From the human T2T-CHM13v2.0 reference genome, Homo sapiens, in assembly GCF_009914755.1 (NCBI RefSeq), contig NC_060932.1: a stretch of DNA of 64,000 bases; one strand, 5' to 3'. How positions within the stretch are numbered: the first letter of the stretch is position 1; each line of letters opens with the position of its first letter. A program made the position numbers and the translations under genes. The notes under the pieces are model-generated. The model was not told the origin of the DNA. It made no database searches and was given only the letters and a program-made list of their open reading frames with translations. Positions 17,445-30,628 of this stretch are shown in pieces.

Positions 17445-17798
17445 GGGCCAGGTACGGTGGCACATGCCTGTGATCCCAGCACTTTGAGAGGCTGAAGTGG
17501 GCAAATCACTGGAGTTTAGGAGTTTGAGACCAGCCTAGACAACATGGTGAAACCCCATCTCTAAAAAAAAAAAATTAAAAAAATTAAAAAATACAAAAAT
17601 TAGCCTGGCATAATGGTGCACACCTGTGGTCCCAGCTACTTGGGAGGCTGAGAAGGAAGGATCATTTCAGCCCAGGAGGTCAAGGCTGAGGAGGAAGGAT
17701 CATTTGAGCTCAGGAAGTCAAACGCTGCAGTGAGCTGGGATCGTGCTACTGTCTGGGCAACAGAGTGAGACCCTGTCTCAAAAGAAAAAAAAAAAAAG
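17445..17798 (+). mobile_element. AluJ-type inside Ricksha, with a 38-bp internal duplication
   Basis: Dimer. AGGCTGAG(A/G)AGGAAGGATCATTT..AGGA(G/A)GTCA occurs twice at 17645-17720. Confidence 0.9.
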
Positions 17799-17947
17799 AA
17801 ATTTGGGTGTTTCTGTGAAGGTGCTTCCAGAAGCAGTTGGTGAGTGAGTCTAGATGGATTAGGTGGGGAAGCTCTCCCCTCACTGTTGGTGGGCACCATG
17901 TAATTGGCCAGGGGCCTGAGAGAACAAAGTAAGAAGGCAAATTGTCT

Positions 17948-18255
17948 CTTTTTTTGTTTGTTTGTTTGAGACGGAGTCTCGCTCTTTTGCCCAGGCTGGA
18001 GTGCAGTGGCATGATCTTGGCTGTCTGTGACCTCCGCCTCCCAGGTTCAAGCAATTCTCCTGCCTCAGCCTCCTGAGTAGCTGGGATTACAGGTGCCCGC
18101 CACCATGCCCAGCTAATTTTTGCATTTTTTTTTTCAGTAGAAATGGGATTTTGCCCTGTTAACCAGACTGGTCTTGAACTCCTGACCTCAAGTGATCCTC
18201 CCGCCTCAACCTCCCAAAGTGCTGGGATTACAGGCCTGAACCACTGTGCCTGGCC
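17948..18255 (-). mobile_element. Alu (AluS-type) inside Ricksha
   Basis: Reverse Alu with TSD-like AATTG(G)TCTCT. Confidence 0.93.
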
Positions 18256-18511
18256 CGAATTGGTCTCTTTCTGAGAGCTGGGACTTCTCCTCTGCTGCCT
18301 TGGACATTAGAAATTTGACTCCATGGAGCTGCATTACCATATGCTGACTGTGTGTGTAAGCATTGGACATGTATGGAAAAACATCGAAACTTCCTCAGTA
18401 AACGAACAGGTGCACTTTATGTATGACTGTACGTGTGAAAGGTAAAATTTCTTCAGAGCTCGGCTTTTTGGGTGACTGCCTAGGCTGTCATGACCCATCA
18501 TGGTTTTTAAA

Positions 18512-18817
18512 ATTTTTCTTTTTATTTTTTTGAGACAGAGTCTTACTCTGTCATCCAGGCTGGAGTGCGATGGCGTGATCTCGCTCACTGCAACCTCTGC
18601 CTCCTGGGTTCAAGCGAATCTCCTGCCTCAGCCTCACGAGAAGCTGAGATTACAGGTGCCCGCCACCACGCCCAGCTAATTTTTGTATTTTAATAGAGAT
18701 GGGGTTTCACCATGTTGGTCAGGCTGGTCTCGAACTCCTGACCTCAAATGGTCTGCCTGCCTCGGCCTCCCAACGTGCTGGGATTACAGGTGTGTGTGTG
18801 AGCCACTGCGCCCAGCC
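18512..18817 (-). mobile_element. Alu (AluS-type) inside Ricksha
   Basis: Reverse Alu with TSD CCATCATGGTTTTT. Confidence 0.93.
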
Positions 18818-19589
18818 CCATCATGGTTTTTGATAGATCTTGTGAAAGACTTAGGTTGTCCGTCAGGGTATTTCAGATGACCGCAGTTATAAAGCTGAGT
18901 GCATACAATTACCAGCCATGCTTAATTACCAGCCACAGTGATGTGTGCTTATACCTTTCACTTTTTTGTCTGCTCATAACTGTCATACCCTCATGATTGC
19001 TGCTAGCATACCTGTTTATGCTTGCAAATATATGTATGTCATTTTTGCCTATTTCATTGTATAAAATGGCCTATGAAGTGTTCTGTCATGTTTTTATGTT
19101 TCTCATGTAAATCTCCTGTTAAAAATGTAAATACATTTTTTAAATAACTTTGAAAAATTATTTTTTTCCAGAATTATATTTTCAGGATTTTTGATCTTTC
19201 GGGATTTGTGACTTTGTGGATTTTAGATTTTAGAGATTTTACTCTGTTAGGATTTAACATTTGGAATTATAGTGTTTGGGATTGTGTCTTTTGGGATTAT
19301 GGCCAGAACCCAGATGGGACTTGAGTGGGGACCATATGACAAGGCAGGGAAGGGTGGTACCAGAATCCAGCCCTGGGAAATGTGTGGCAAACAGGGCCTG
19401 GCTGGCCAATTGGGGCACAGGGCGGAAGGGAGGTCCCACCAGACCCCTGCCAACCTGCAGTGGCATCCATCTCTGTGTGGGCAGGGTCTCCAAGCCACTC
19501 TCCTCAGCTTGCTGGCATCCTAGCCCCAGCCTGTCGGGGTTCCCTGCTCCCTGCCTGGCATCTATCTTCCATATTCCATCAACCTGGGT

Positions 19590-19916
19590 TTTTTGTTTGT
19601 TGGTTGGTTTTTTTTTTGTTTTGTTTTTTATTTTGAGACGGAATCTCATTCTGTTACCCAAGCTGGAGTGCAGTGGAGTGATCTCGGCTCACTGCAACCT
19701 TCACCTCTTGGGTTCAAGGGATTCTTCTGCCTTAGCCTCCTGAGTAGCTGGGATTACAGGCATGTGCCATCGCACCCAGCTAACTTTTGTATTTTTAGTA
19801 GAGACGGTGTTTCACTATGTTGGCCAGGCTGGACTCAAACTCCTAACCTCAAGTGATCCTCCTGCCTCGGCCTCCCAAAGTGCTAGGATTACAGGCGTGA
19901 GCCACCGCACCTGGCC
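19590..19916 (-). mobile_element. Alu (AluS-type)
   Basis: Reverse Alu with TSD CATCAACCTGG. Confidence 0.93.
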
Positions 19917-20110
19917 CATCAACCTGGTTTTGAACTTTCTGCCTGAGCCTTGAACTTGACCCCTCTGGGTTGCTAACCTGGGGCATGTGTCCCCAGACTT
20001 CATGCCAGTCCCTTCCCCAGACTTCCCCCAGGCTACTTAGCTGGACCCAACCCTGGCCTAGTCAGGCCCCCACTGGCTGGGGAGAGATAGCAGGCCCAGC
20101 ACATGTGGAC

Positions 20111-21032
20111 TATGAGGGTTAATCGTAGGCATCAACAGGACTGGATTGAGGAGCATCTAGAGAATTGGTGAAGAGTGGCTCCTGGGTGTGTCTGTGCAGC
20201 TGCTTCCAGAGGAGACCGAGTAGGGAAGATCCGTCCCCAGTGAGTGTAGGCACCATCCAGTTGACTGGGGGCCCAGACAGCACAAAAAAGGAGACAAAGA
20301 GTGAATGCCTCTCTCCCTCCTGGGGCTGGGACTCTCTCCTTCTGCCCTTGGATATCAGAATTCCAGGCTCTAAGACTTGTACCAGTGGTTCCATGGCTTC
20401 TCAGGCCTTTGGTCTTGGACTGAGAGTTACAGCATTGGCTTCCTGTGTTCTGAGCCTTTCAGACTTGGACTGAACTCTGCTGCCGGCAGAGTTCTCCCGC
20501 TTGTGGAGGCAATTGTGGTGGGACTTCTCAGCCTCCATGATGGAGTGCGCCAGCTCCCCTCAAAAATCCCCTCTCATACCTCTCTATATCTCCATCCATC
20601 CATCCATCCGTCTATCCATTAATCAATGAATCAATCAATCATCTATCAATCCATCCATCCATCTACCCATCTATCCATCTATCCATCTGTCCGTCTGTCT
20701 GTCCATCCATCTATCCATCAATCTGTCCATCCACCCATCCATCCATCTGCCCATCCATCAATCAATGAATCAATCAATCATCTATCAATCCATCCATCTA
20801 CCCATCTACCCATTCATGTATCCATCTGTCCATCTGTCTGTCTATCCATCCATCCATCCCTCTGTCCATCCATCCATCCGTCCATCCACCCACCCATCCA
20901 ACCATCTATACATGCATCAATCTACCCATCCATTCATCTCTCCGTCTGTCTGTCTGTCTTTCCATCCGTCTGTCCATCCATTCACCCATCCATCTCCTAT
21001 TGGTCAGTCTCTGTAGGCCCCTGACTAATACT
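20111..21032 (+). mobile_element. ERVL solo LTR (MLT2-type) with expanded internal (TCCA/TCTA)n tract at ~20590-20995
   Basis: GGTTAAT...GACTGGATTGAGG, CTGGGTGTGTCTGTG, GGGACTTCTCAGCCTCCAT, end TCCTATTGG...CTGACTAATAC. Confidence 0.88.
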
Positions 21033-22168
21033 AGGATAACTACTATCTCCCAGCCACTCCTACTTCTAGACTTCAAACATCCAAAGAGCTCAATGCCTGA
21101 TCTTTACTTTTGCTCTCTTTTCTTCTTTTGTATTTTAAACACAAAAGGGACTTGTACCTGTGGATTTGTATCTTAGGAAGACAAAAACCAGCTGGTATTA
21201 GCCCCTTGTCTCCCCATCCACAGGAAGGAGGGGGAAGTACTCGGACCTTAAAGGGGTTCACTCTGGAGTGGGGCAGGTGGGACAGAGGGAAGTTCTGAGA
21301 GCTCCTCACTGGCTCGGGAGGGAGGCAGAGCTGTGGGCCCAGTGCCTGCCTCAGGTGCCTGGCAGGTGGCAGATGACCCTCAGGATGTGGCCCCTGGCAC
21401 CTGGTTCCTCACTGTGGCCAGGATCCTGCAAGGGTGCCTGGGCCCAGCCCAGGAGCTGAGGAACTGCAGGTGCCCATGTGGGCACAACTGGGCCCTGAGG
21501 GGTCACTGGGGGAAGCAGCGGTCCTGGAATGACTGCACTGAATTTCCCATCAGCCTTGTAAAGGAGGCTTTCAGAAATCGGACATTTCCTTCACCCCATA
21601 TTGTTGAGAACAATTCATTCTCAGCACATGTTGAATATAAATAAAATCAGAACAATGGATGTGCTTTGTCAGCCCCTAGATCCAGAAGTGGATTTGGAAA
21701 AACCTTGTCCCCAGCAGCCTGGGCTGCAGCCTCTCGGGTCTCTTGGCGATATCCTGCAGGAAAGGGCCAGGTCAGGGTTGGGGGGTCCTTTCTCTCAGGG
21801 AATTAGGGGTTCCAGGGCTCCTGGCTATGCCGACAGCTACTGAGGGTTTGGCCTGTTGGGCCTGGAGATGGGAGGCCTCTGACTGACCTCTCTGTCCCTA
21901 GGGGAGGAGGGGCAGGGCATCCCCCACCACTTCACTGGGCAAGAGGCCACTGTGGCCTGGATTAAGGGGGGTGTTGAGAGAGAGGGGCCCAGGCGTGCCC
22001 AGAACTCTGTGTGCCCTAGGCTGGGCTCTGGGCCGCTGTGTGCTCCTTCCTGGGGAACGGGATGGGGGGGACATAAACCTGTGGAGGTAACTGTGGATGC
22101 TGTTGTCCTAAGTGCTTCACAGGAATTATCTCGCATTTAACACTTGCAGCCACCCTCTGAGGAGGCCG

Positions 22169-22560
22169 CTGTCTTGATCTGTGCTGCTATAACAAAATGC
22201 CACAGCCTGGGTGATTTATAAACCGTAGAAACTTATTTCTTACAGTTCTGGAGGCTGGGATATCCAAACTCATGGTGCCGGCAGATTCGTGTCTGGTGAG
22301 GACTGTTTTCTCTGCTTCAAGATGGAGCCCTGTTGCTGCATCTTTTCTAGGAAGATGAACACTGTCCTCCTATGGTGGAACAGAAGGGAAAAAGGCATGA
22401 ACGGCTCCCTTGTGCCTCTCATATAAGGTCACTAATCCCATTCTCAAGGGCTCCACCCTCATGACCTAATCACCTCCCAAAGGCCCCACCTGTTAATGCT
22501 ATGGCATTGCTGGTTATGTTGCAACATAAGAATTTGGGCGGACACATTCAGACCATAGCA
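22169..22560 (-). mobile_element. MaLR LTR (MST/MLT1A-type)
   Basis: TGCTGCTATAACAAAATGCCACAG...GACCTAATCACCTCCCAAAGGCCCCACC...CATTCAGACCATAGCA. Confidence 0.88.
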
Positions 22561-22916
22561 GGCACCATTAGTAAGCCCATCTTATGGATCAGGAAACCAG
22601 AACACAGGGAGGTTCGGCAATTTGTCCGAGGTCACACAGCCAGGATTGGGTGTGGGTCCCAGCTCTTCTGGCAGTGCTGGTTTTGGGCACTTTATTTCAT
22701 CTCTTTCTGCTTGTCTTCTCAACTCTTACATGCGAAGACCACGGTACAGCTCTTATTACTGTAGTTGTCCCGGGGAGACCCGTGTGTCCGTGGCATCCAC
22801 GTGGCAGATGCTGTGCCCAGGCCGTGGACTCTGGATAGGCTCAGGCCTATGACTTTACCTGCCACTCTCTCTTCCAGCGGTCCCAGTGCCCCTAATCCCC
22901 AAGGGCAGTCAGCTCC

Positions 22917-23215
22917 TTTTTTTTTTTTTTGAGACAGGGTCTTACTCTGTCACCCACGCTGAAGTGCAGTGATGTGATCAAGGTTCACCGCAGCCTTGAC
23001 CTCCCCAAGCTCAGGTGATCCTCCCACCTTAGCCTCCCAAGTAGCTAGGACTACAGGTGCATGCTACCATGCCCAGCAAAGTTTTATACATGTATATATT
23101 TTTCCAGAGACAGGGTCTCGCTATGCTGGTCTTGAACTCTGGGACTCAAGTGATCTGCACACCTCAGCCTCCCAAAGTGCTGAGATTACAGACATGAAAC
23201 ACTGCGACCGGGCGA
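22917..23215 (-). mobile_element. AluJ-type
   Basis: Diverged reverse Alu, followed by an MLT1 fragment to ~23390. Confidence 0.88.
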
Positions 23216-23549
23216 CTTCCCTTATAATCACATTCCTGATTACACTTAGGGCCCATCCAGATACTCCAGGGTAATCTCTCCATCTCAGGGTCCCTAACTT
23301 AATCCCATCTGCAAAGACTTTTGCCTTCTAAGGTAACCTCCACAGGTTTCAGGGATGCGGACCTGGGTATCTCTGGGGGCCATGATATCTAGTATGATTA
23401 TTTATTGTTATTGATTATTCAGCTTACTGCAGTGTACACATGGCCACGGGACCACCACTCTTTGGTCTATGGCTGTCATCTGTGAAGAGCTACAGCACTT
23501 TTTCCACTGAGCCTGAATATGCAGCCTCAGAAGCCTTGTTGTCATTGTT

Positions 23550-23818
23550 GCTGTTTGAGACGGGGTCTCACTATGTTGCCCAGGCTACTCGCCAACTCCT
23601 GGGCTCAAGTAATCCTCCCGCCTCAACCACCCACCCCCGCCTGAGTAGCTGGGACTACAGGTATGCACCACCATACCTGGCTAAATTTTTAAAATTATTT
23701 TGCAGAGACAGTCCCACTATGCTGCCTGGGCTGGTCTCAAACACCTGGCCTCAAGCAATCCTCCTGCCTCAGCCCCACAAAATACTGGAATTACAAGCAT
23801 GAGCCACCTTGCCTGGCC
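23550..23818 (-). mobile_element. Rearranged/partial AluJ
   Basis: Reverse Alu arm motifs. Confidence 0.8.
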
Positions 23819-24329
23819 AGAATGTTTCTTAATTTCCAAGTTGTTAGGCTGTTGGTCATCTTTTTTTTTTTTTAATTCCTAATGTTATTAGACTATGATC
23901 AGAGAAGTGTTCTGTAAAATCTCTGCTTTTTAAAATCTGGCCAAGTTTTTGTTTTGGTCGAGTATATAAGACATGTTTGCAGCTAATCGATAGATGTAAG
24001 AACAATTCCCCACTAAACAGCGACATGATTCTATCAGTCAATTCCTTCATTTCCTTCTTGTCTTTTTTGTCTGTTTAATTCTGCAGATGTATTAAAATGC
24101 CTTCTGTAATCTCTCCGGTTTTCTTGCCTTGATGATGGGAATCAGTTTCCACCCCTGGGGTCTGGCAAGGAGGCCAGCCCGACCCAGTGCCTTCTCCGCT
24201 ACTGAAACCTGTGACACAATGGAACCTAGGACTTCCACACGCTGGACCCCCAGCCTATGTGCCAGAGCAGGAAGTCAGGAGCTGGATGGAGGTCTCCTCA
24301 GAAGGGAGTCAGGCCACATTGTTCCCTAA

Positions 24330-24945
<616 letters not shown>

Positions 24946-24991
24946 AGAATATGCACCTGTCCTTGGCTCTTCCGCCATGGCCTTCTCACCT

Positions 24992-26129
<1,138 letters not shown>

Positions 26130-26247
26130 CACACTTATTTTTTATAGCCAGCCCGGAAGTCATTACTAGAGGGCCCTCCCTGCACGCTATGGCTGTGGTG
26201 TGTGAGTGGATGCCCAGACAGCCAGGGTGTTTCCTCAACAATTTTAG

Positions 26248-26832
<585 letters not shown>

Positions 26833-27571
26833 TGAGTCCACAGGGGGGTCCAGAGGGGAGCCCCCTCCCCCTGCAGTCCAGGCAGGCTTAAGAACCCTGA
26901 GGCAGGGTGGTGACTACGGGGGAAGCCCTCGGGGCAGTTAGGTGCACACACAGTCACCCATGCCCCTGTGAGGAGCAGCTGTGGCTCATTTCACAGGCCA
27001 GGCTACTGCAGTACAGAGAGGGTGAGTGACTTCCCGAAGGACACACAGCAGGAAAGGCACAGGGTTAAAAACAGCCCTGCCTGCCTGCAGCCCGAGTGTC
27101 CTTTCACAGTGACCTCTGGGCCCCTGCAGGTGCTGGCCCCACACTGAGACTGCTTGTTCTGATCCCCTTCACCCTCCTGCCCTGCTTTCCCTGACACCAA
27201 GGCACTCCCCAACTCCTGCAGCCTACCTGGCCCCAGCTGGCACGTGAGGCTGCCTCAGCCCCAGGAAAGGGCGTGGTTACAGTGTAACAAACTGTGTGTC
27301 TCTGTCTCCATCATAAGAGATTCAGAAAGATTACAGTCAGAGCAGGCCTCATCCTGGGCCCAGTAAGGGGGCCCCCTTACTCTGACATCTGGGCGTCTAC
27401 TCTCTGTTCTGTCCCTCCCAGGCTGTGACCTTGGCAAGGGTCGCGCTGTATTGGGGCAGGGGCCTTGTGCAGAGAACTCCTGGCCTTCCCCGGCCATCTG
27501 CTTGTGGCTTGGATTACAAAGTACCATTATTTATTCTTTGGCTTCTTCCTGCCTGCCTGCCTTCCCCAGCG

Positions 27572-27573
<2 letters not shown>

Positions 27574-27606
<33 letters not shown>

Positions 27607-27630
27607 TGTGTGTGTGTGTGTGTGTGTGTG
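27574..27630. repeat. Compound (GA)n(GT)n microsatellite
   Basis: Perfect dinucleotide runs. Confidence 0.97.
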
Positions 27631-28334
27631 CTTTACCTTGAGAAGAAAATTGATTCAGGCTTCTGTAAACCTCCCAACTGACTTCCTGCATCAAGTTGAG
27701 AAATGGAGCTGGGCTGGGTGCTGACTGATCACGGCTCCCTGATGGGATCCCTGCCTCCCCCGAAGCCTGAGGGACCAGGCTGGACAACACTGAACCCCAA
27801 AGCCTTCATCTGGTCATAAACCCCCAGCTCCTGCCTGCAGCCCCAGGGGGTTAGGCCACGCAGGGAGGGGCAGGGCACATGCCAGGTAGGGAGGCCCATT
27901 AGCAGGGTGCAGGCGCCAGGTGGGCACTCGGCCCCCTTGAAAAGCCTTGGTGCACGGAGGCTGAGCTGATGTGCAGCTCCCGCAGGGCACTCCGAGCTGG
28001 CATGCATGCTGGCAGCTGTGTAGCCCATCTGGGAGAGAGTGCGTGGGGCACAGGCCAGGCAAGTGGGGGACTGGGATCCCCAGAGGAGGGGACTCAGAAG
28101 TGGGGGCTCCCAAAGAAACACAATCCAGGGCCATTTGTTTCAACTCCTCTCAGCTACTGCGTGCTGGGGACACAGAGGTGGATGGGGGCTGTCCCCGTCC
28201 TGTGCTGTGTTCGGTGCTTTCCCTGTGCTGGAATCCTGTAAGGCGGAGACTCTGTCCACTTTTGCATGAGGAAACATGTTTCACAGAACTTGACTATTTT
28301 GCCCAGGGTCATTTTCATGATAAGGGTTCTAGTA

Positions 28335-28780
28335 CTGATTGTGTAACAAACTCAGTCACTTAAAGCATTTCATAAATCACTTTGTTTTGTTCCCAAATCT
28401 GTAGACTGGGGAGGACTTGGCGAGGATAGTGTGGCTGTGCTCTGTGGCATCTGCTAGGGCAGCTCCGTGAGCCGAGGTAGCCACCTCGGAGCGGGGCCAC
28501 CCCCTTGGCCTGCTGGCTGGAGCCGGTGGTGTGTTGGGAGCTCTCTGAGGCTGTGTGCTGGGAGCTCTCTGTGGGCTGGAGGCGCCTTCCTGGGTTTCCT
28601 CACGCTGCAGCAGCCGGATTCCAAGAGCAAGCGGCCTAGAGACAGGAACTGCCCTTCTCTCCAAGCCCAGGTCCAGAAGTACATCACTGCTGCCATATGT
28701 TGTTGGCCAAGCAGACACAGGTCCTGCCTCTCAACGAAAGGATGCTAAAGAATGTGTGGCCATCTTTAGTCTACCTTAGT
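28335..28780 (-). mobile_element. Old MLT1-type LTR remnant
   Basis: TGTAACAAAC...CCAGAAGTACATCACTGCTGCCATAT.TTGTTGGCCAAGCA. Confidence 0.55.
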
Positions 28781-29735
28781 GACAGAGCCAGGACTTGAAC
28801 CTAGATCTTCAGGATGCCTCCAAGCCCTCCTGCACTGGGTCTTCGGGAAGACACGTGGGCTCACGCTGGGAAATGTGTGCCTGGGCCTGACTCGTCCAGC
28901 TGTCTGGGCCATCGCACAGACCTTTGTGTAAACTAGGGGAAGTCCCTATTTGGAAAGCAGGTGTCCGCGAGGCCGGGACGGCCGGGGTCTGCTGGCTGCA
29001 GAGGTCTGATGTGGCTCCTTTCTTCTGGCAGCTGTGTATCCCTGCCCCATCCAGATGGCTCCCAGGCACTCCATGCTGCTGCCTGACTGTCCCCAGGCAC
29101 AGACTAATGGTCTGGGGTGGGTATCTGCCTGAGAGGGGCCCCTGACTTCCCTCCCTGAGACTTTTACACAAGGCTTGGGAGATGTCAGGGGCCACGCTTA
29201 CTACCCATGGAGAGAGACCATCTGCAGGAGAGAGGAAGGAGGCCACGAGGCTGAGAAGAGCACACAGGAGAGCCAGACAGGAGTCCCACAGCTCTCCCAG
29301 CCCTGGTTCCAGCGTCCTCCAGGCAGCTGCATGGCAGGCCTTGGGTCCTCCCACCGCATACCCTGTGCGGGTTTCTGTCGCTGGCCACTGAGAAAGGCCG
29401 GGCTGAGGAGCCTGGCCGCAGCAGCCTGGAGTCCTGAGCCTTCTGGGGCTGCCCCTGGAGATGGCGCTGGCCTCCTCACAGGCCTTCCTGCCCATCAGGC
29501 CCCTCTCCACCCCACCGCCTAAGAGAAAGTTCGAGACGCACACCAGACCCCGTGGCTCCCCTGCGTTCAGACCACCAGCGGCTCCCGTGATCTGGCGCCT
29601 GCAGGCCTCACCACCCTCCTTCCTCCTTCTTGGCCGGCCACTAGCCTCTCGGAGCTTTGCTGGGGGCCTGTGGGCAGAGAGGCACTGGCTTTAACGCCGC
29701 CTGGAATTCAGCCCGGCCTGTGCCCCGAGGAAGGT

Positions 29736-29786
29736 GGGTGGGGGGTGGGGGGGAGGGGTGGGGGTGGGGGGGTGGGGGATGGGGGG
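29736..29786 (+). other. Eight-tract G-quadruplex-forming sequence
   Basis: G3,G6,G7,G4,G5,G7,G5,G6 separated by 1-2 nt loops. Confidence 0.8.
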
Positions 29787-29795
29787 CGGTGTCGA

Positions 29796-29829
29796 CTGCG
29801 CCCCCTGCTGGCCAGCACTAGTTACTGCG
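29796..29829 (-). promoter_or_regulatory. CTCF site, core plus upstream module
   Basis: Minus strand reads CGCAGTAAC-TAGTGC-TGGCCAGCAGGGGGCGCAG. Confidence 0.8.
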
Positions 29830-30628
29830 GGAGGGGCTCCAAGGCCCAGCGGGGATGCCTCCCGCGTCCCCATTGCACAGAAGCAGCAGGCCTTAGACCT
29901 TGCCAGGCCACGCGGCTGGAAAGGAGCAGAGCAAGGATTTGGAATCGGGACTGTCTGACCAGCCCGTGTGCTTTTCAACACAGAGGGGCCTCCATTTTCT
30001 CTAACCCAGGAGGCCCTCTGTCCTCTTCCTCCTGCCACACACACTTAGAAAACACCCTTGATTCACAAACCTTGGCTAAGCATAAATTCAGGCTGAGGCT
30101 GACCCAGAGCTGCCAGGAGCTCTTGGGCGGGAGGGGTAAGCATGGTGGTTAGGGGTGTGGCCAGAGATCCATGAGGTGCTATCCTGCCCCCAGGGGCCAC
30201 ATTCTGAGGAACAAGTCAGTGCAAAAGTTACTCAACAAATACTTATTGAATGAATACATACATAAGTAAATAAATAAACTCACTGACCAGGACAAAGCCA
30301 TCAAACTTTTGGCCAATTGGCAAACTCTTACTCATCCTTCAAAATCCCTTTCCTTCCAGGAAGGAAGCATCTTTGGAACCCCTTTAAGAAGGTCACCTGG
30401 CATATTTCACGTTAGAGCAGAATGTGATACATTTTATAGTCGGGTACAGGGTGCTATGGGATGTTGGGGGCAGGAGCAGACTCTTGCAGAGGTGGCAATG
30501 GGAGGGGGAGGAGGAAGGAGGACACCTGGGGAAGGCTTCCTGGAGGAAGAGAAGGCTTTTGACATGGACCTGGAAGAATGGGGCAGTACTGGGACAGGGG
30601 AAGGTAAATGGTAGTGGCGTTGTGGTGG

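Larger units (their letters stand above)
17085..19311 (+). mobile_element. Complete Ricksha-type MULE/MuDR non-autonomous DNA transposon carrying ERV-L/MLT2 cargo
   Basis: Left end GGGTGCTGATCATAATCCCAAAGACACAATCCC is the inverted match of right end ...GGGATTGTGTCTTTTGGGATTATGGCCAGAACCC. Perfect 9-bp TSD AGATGGGAC at 17076-17084 and 19312-19320. Confidence 0.9.

Noticed and set aside
17330-21032. Two MLT2-like LTR sequences as ends of one provirus
   Set aside because: The first is partial and enclosed within the Ricksha TIRs/TSD, and there is no gag/pol sequence between them
28809-29543. 244-aa ORF
   Set aside because: No homology recognised. Overlapping ORFs in several frames indicate GC-driven stop scarcity.
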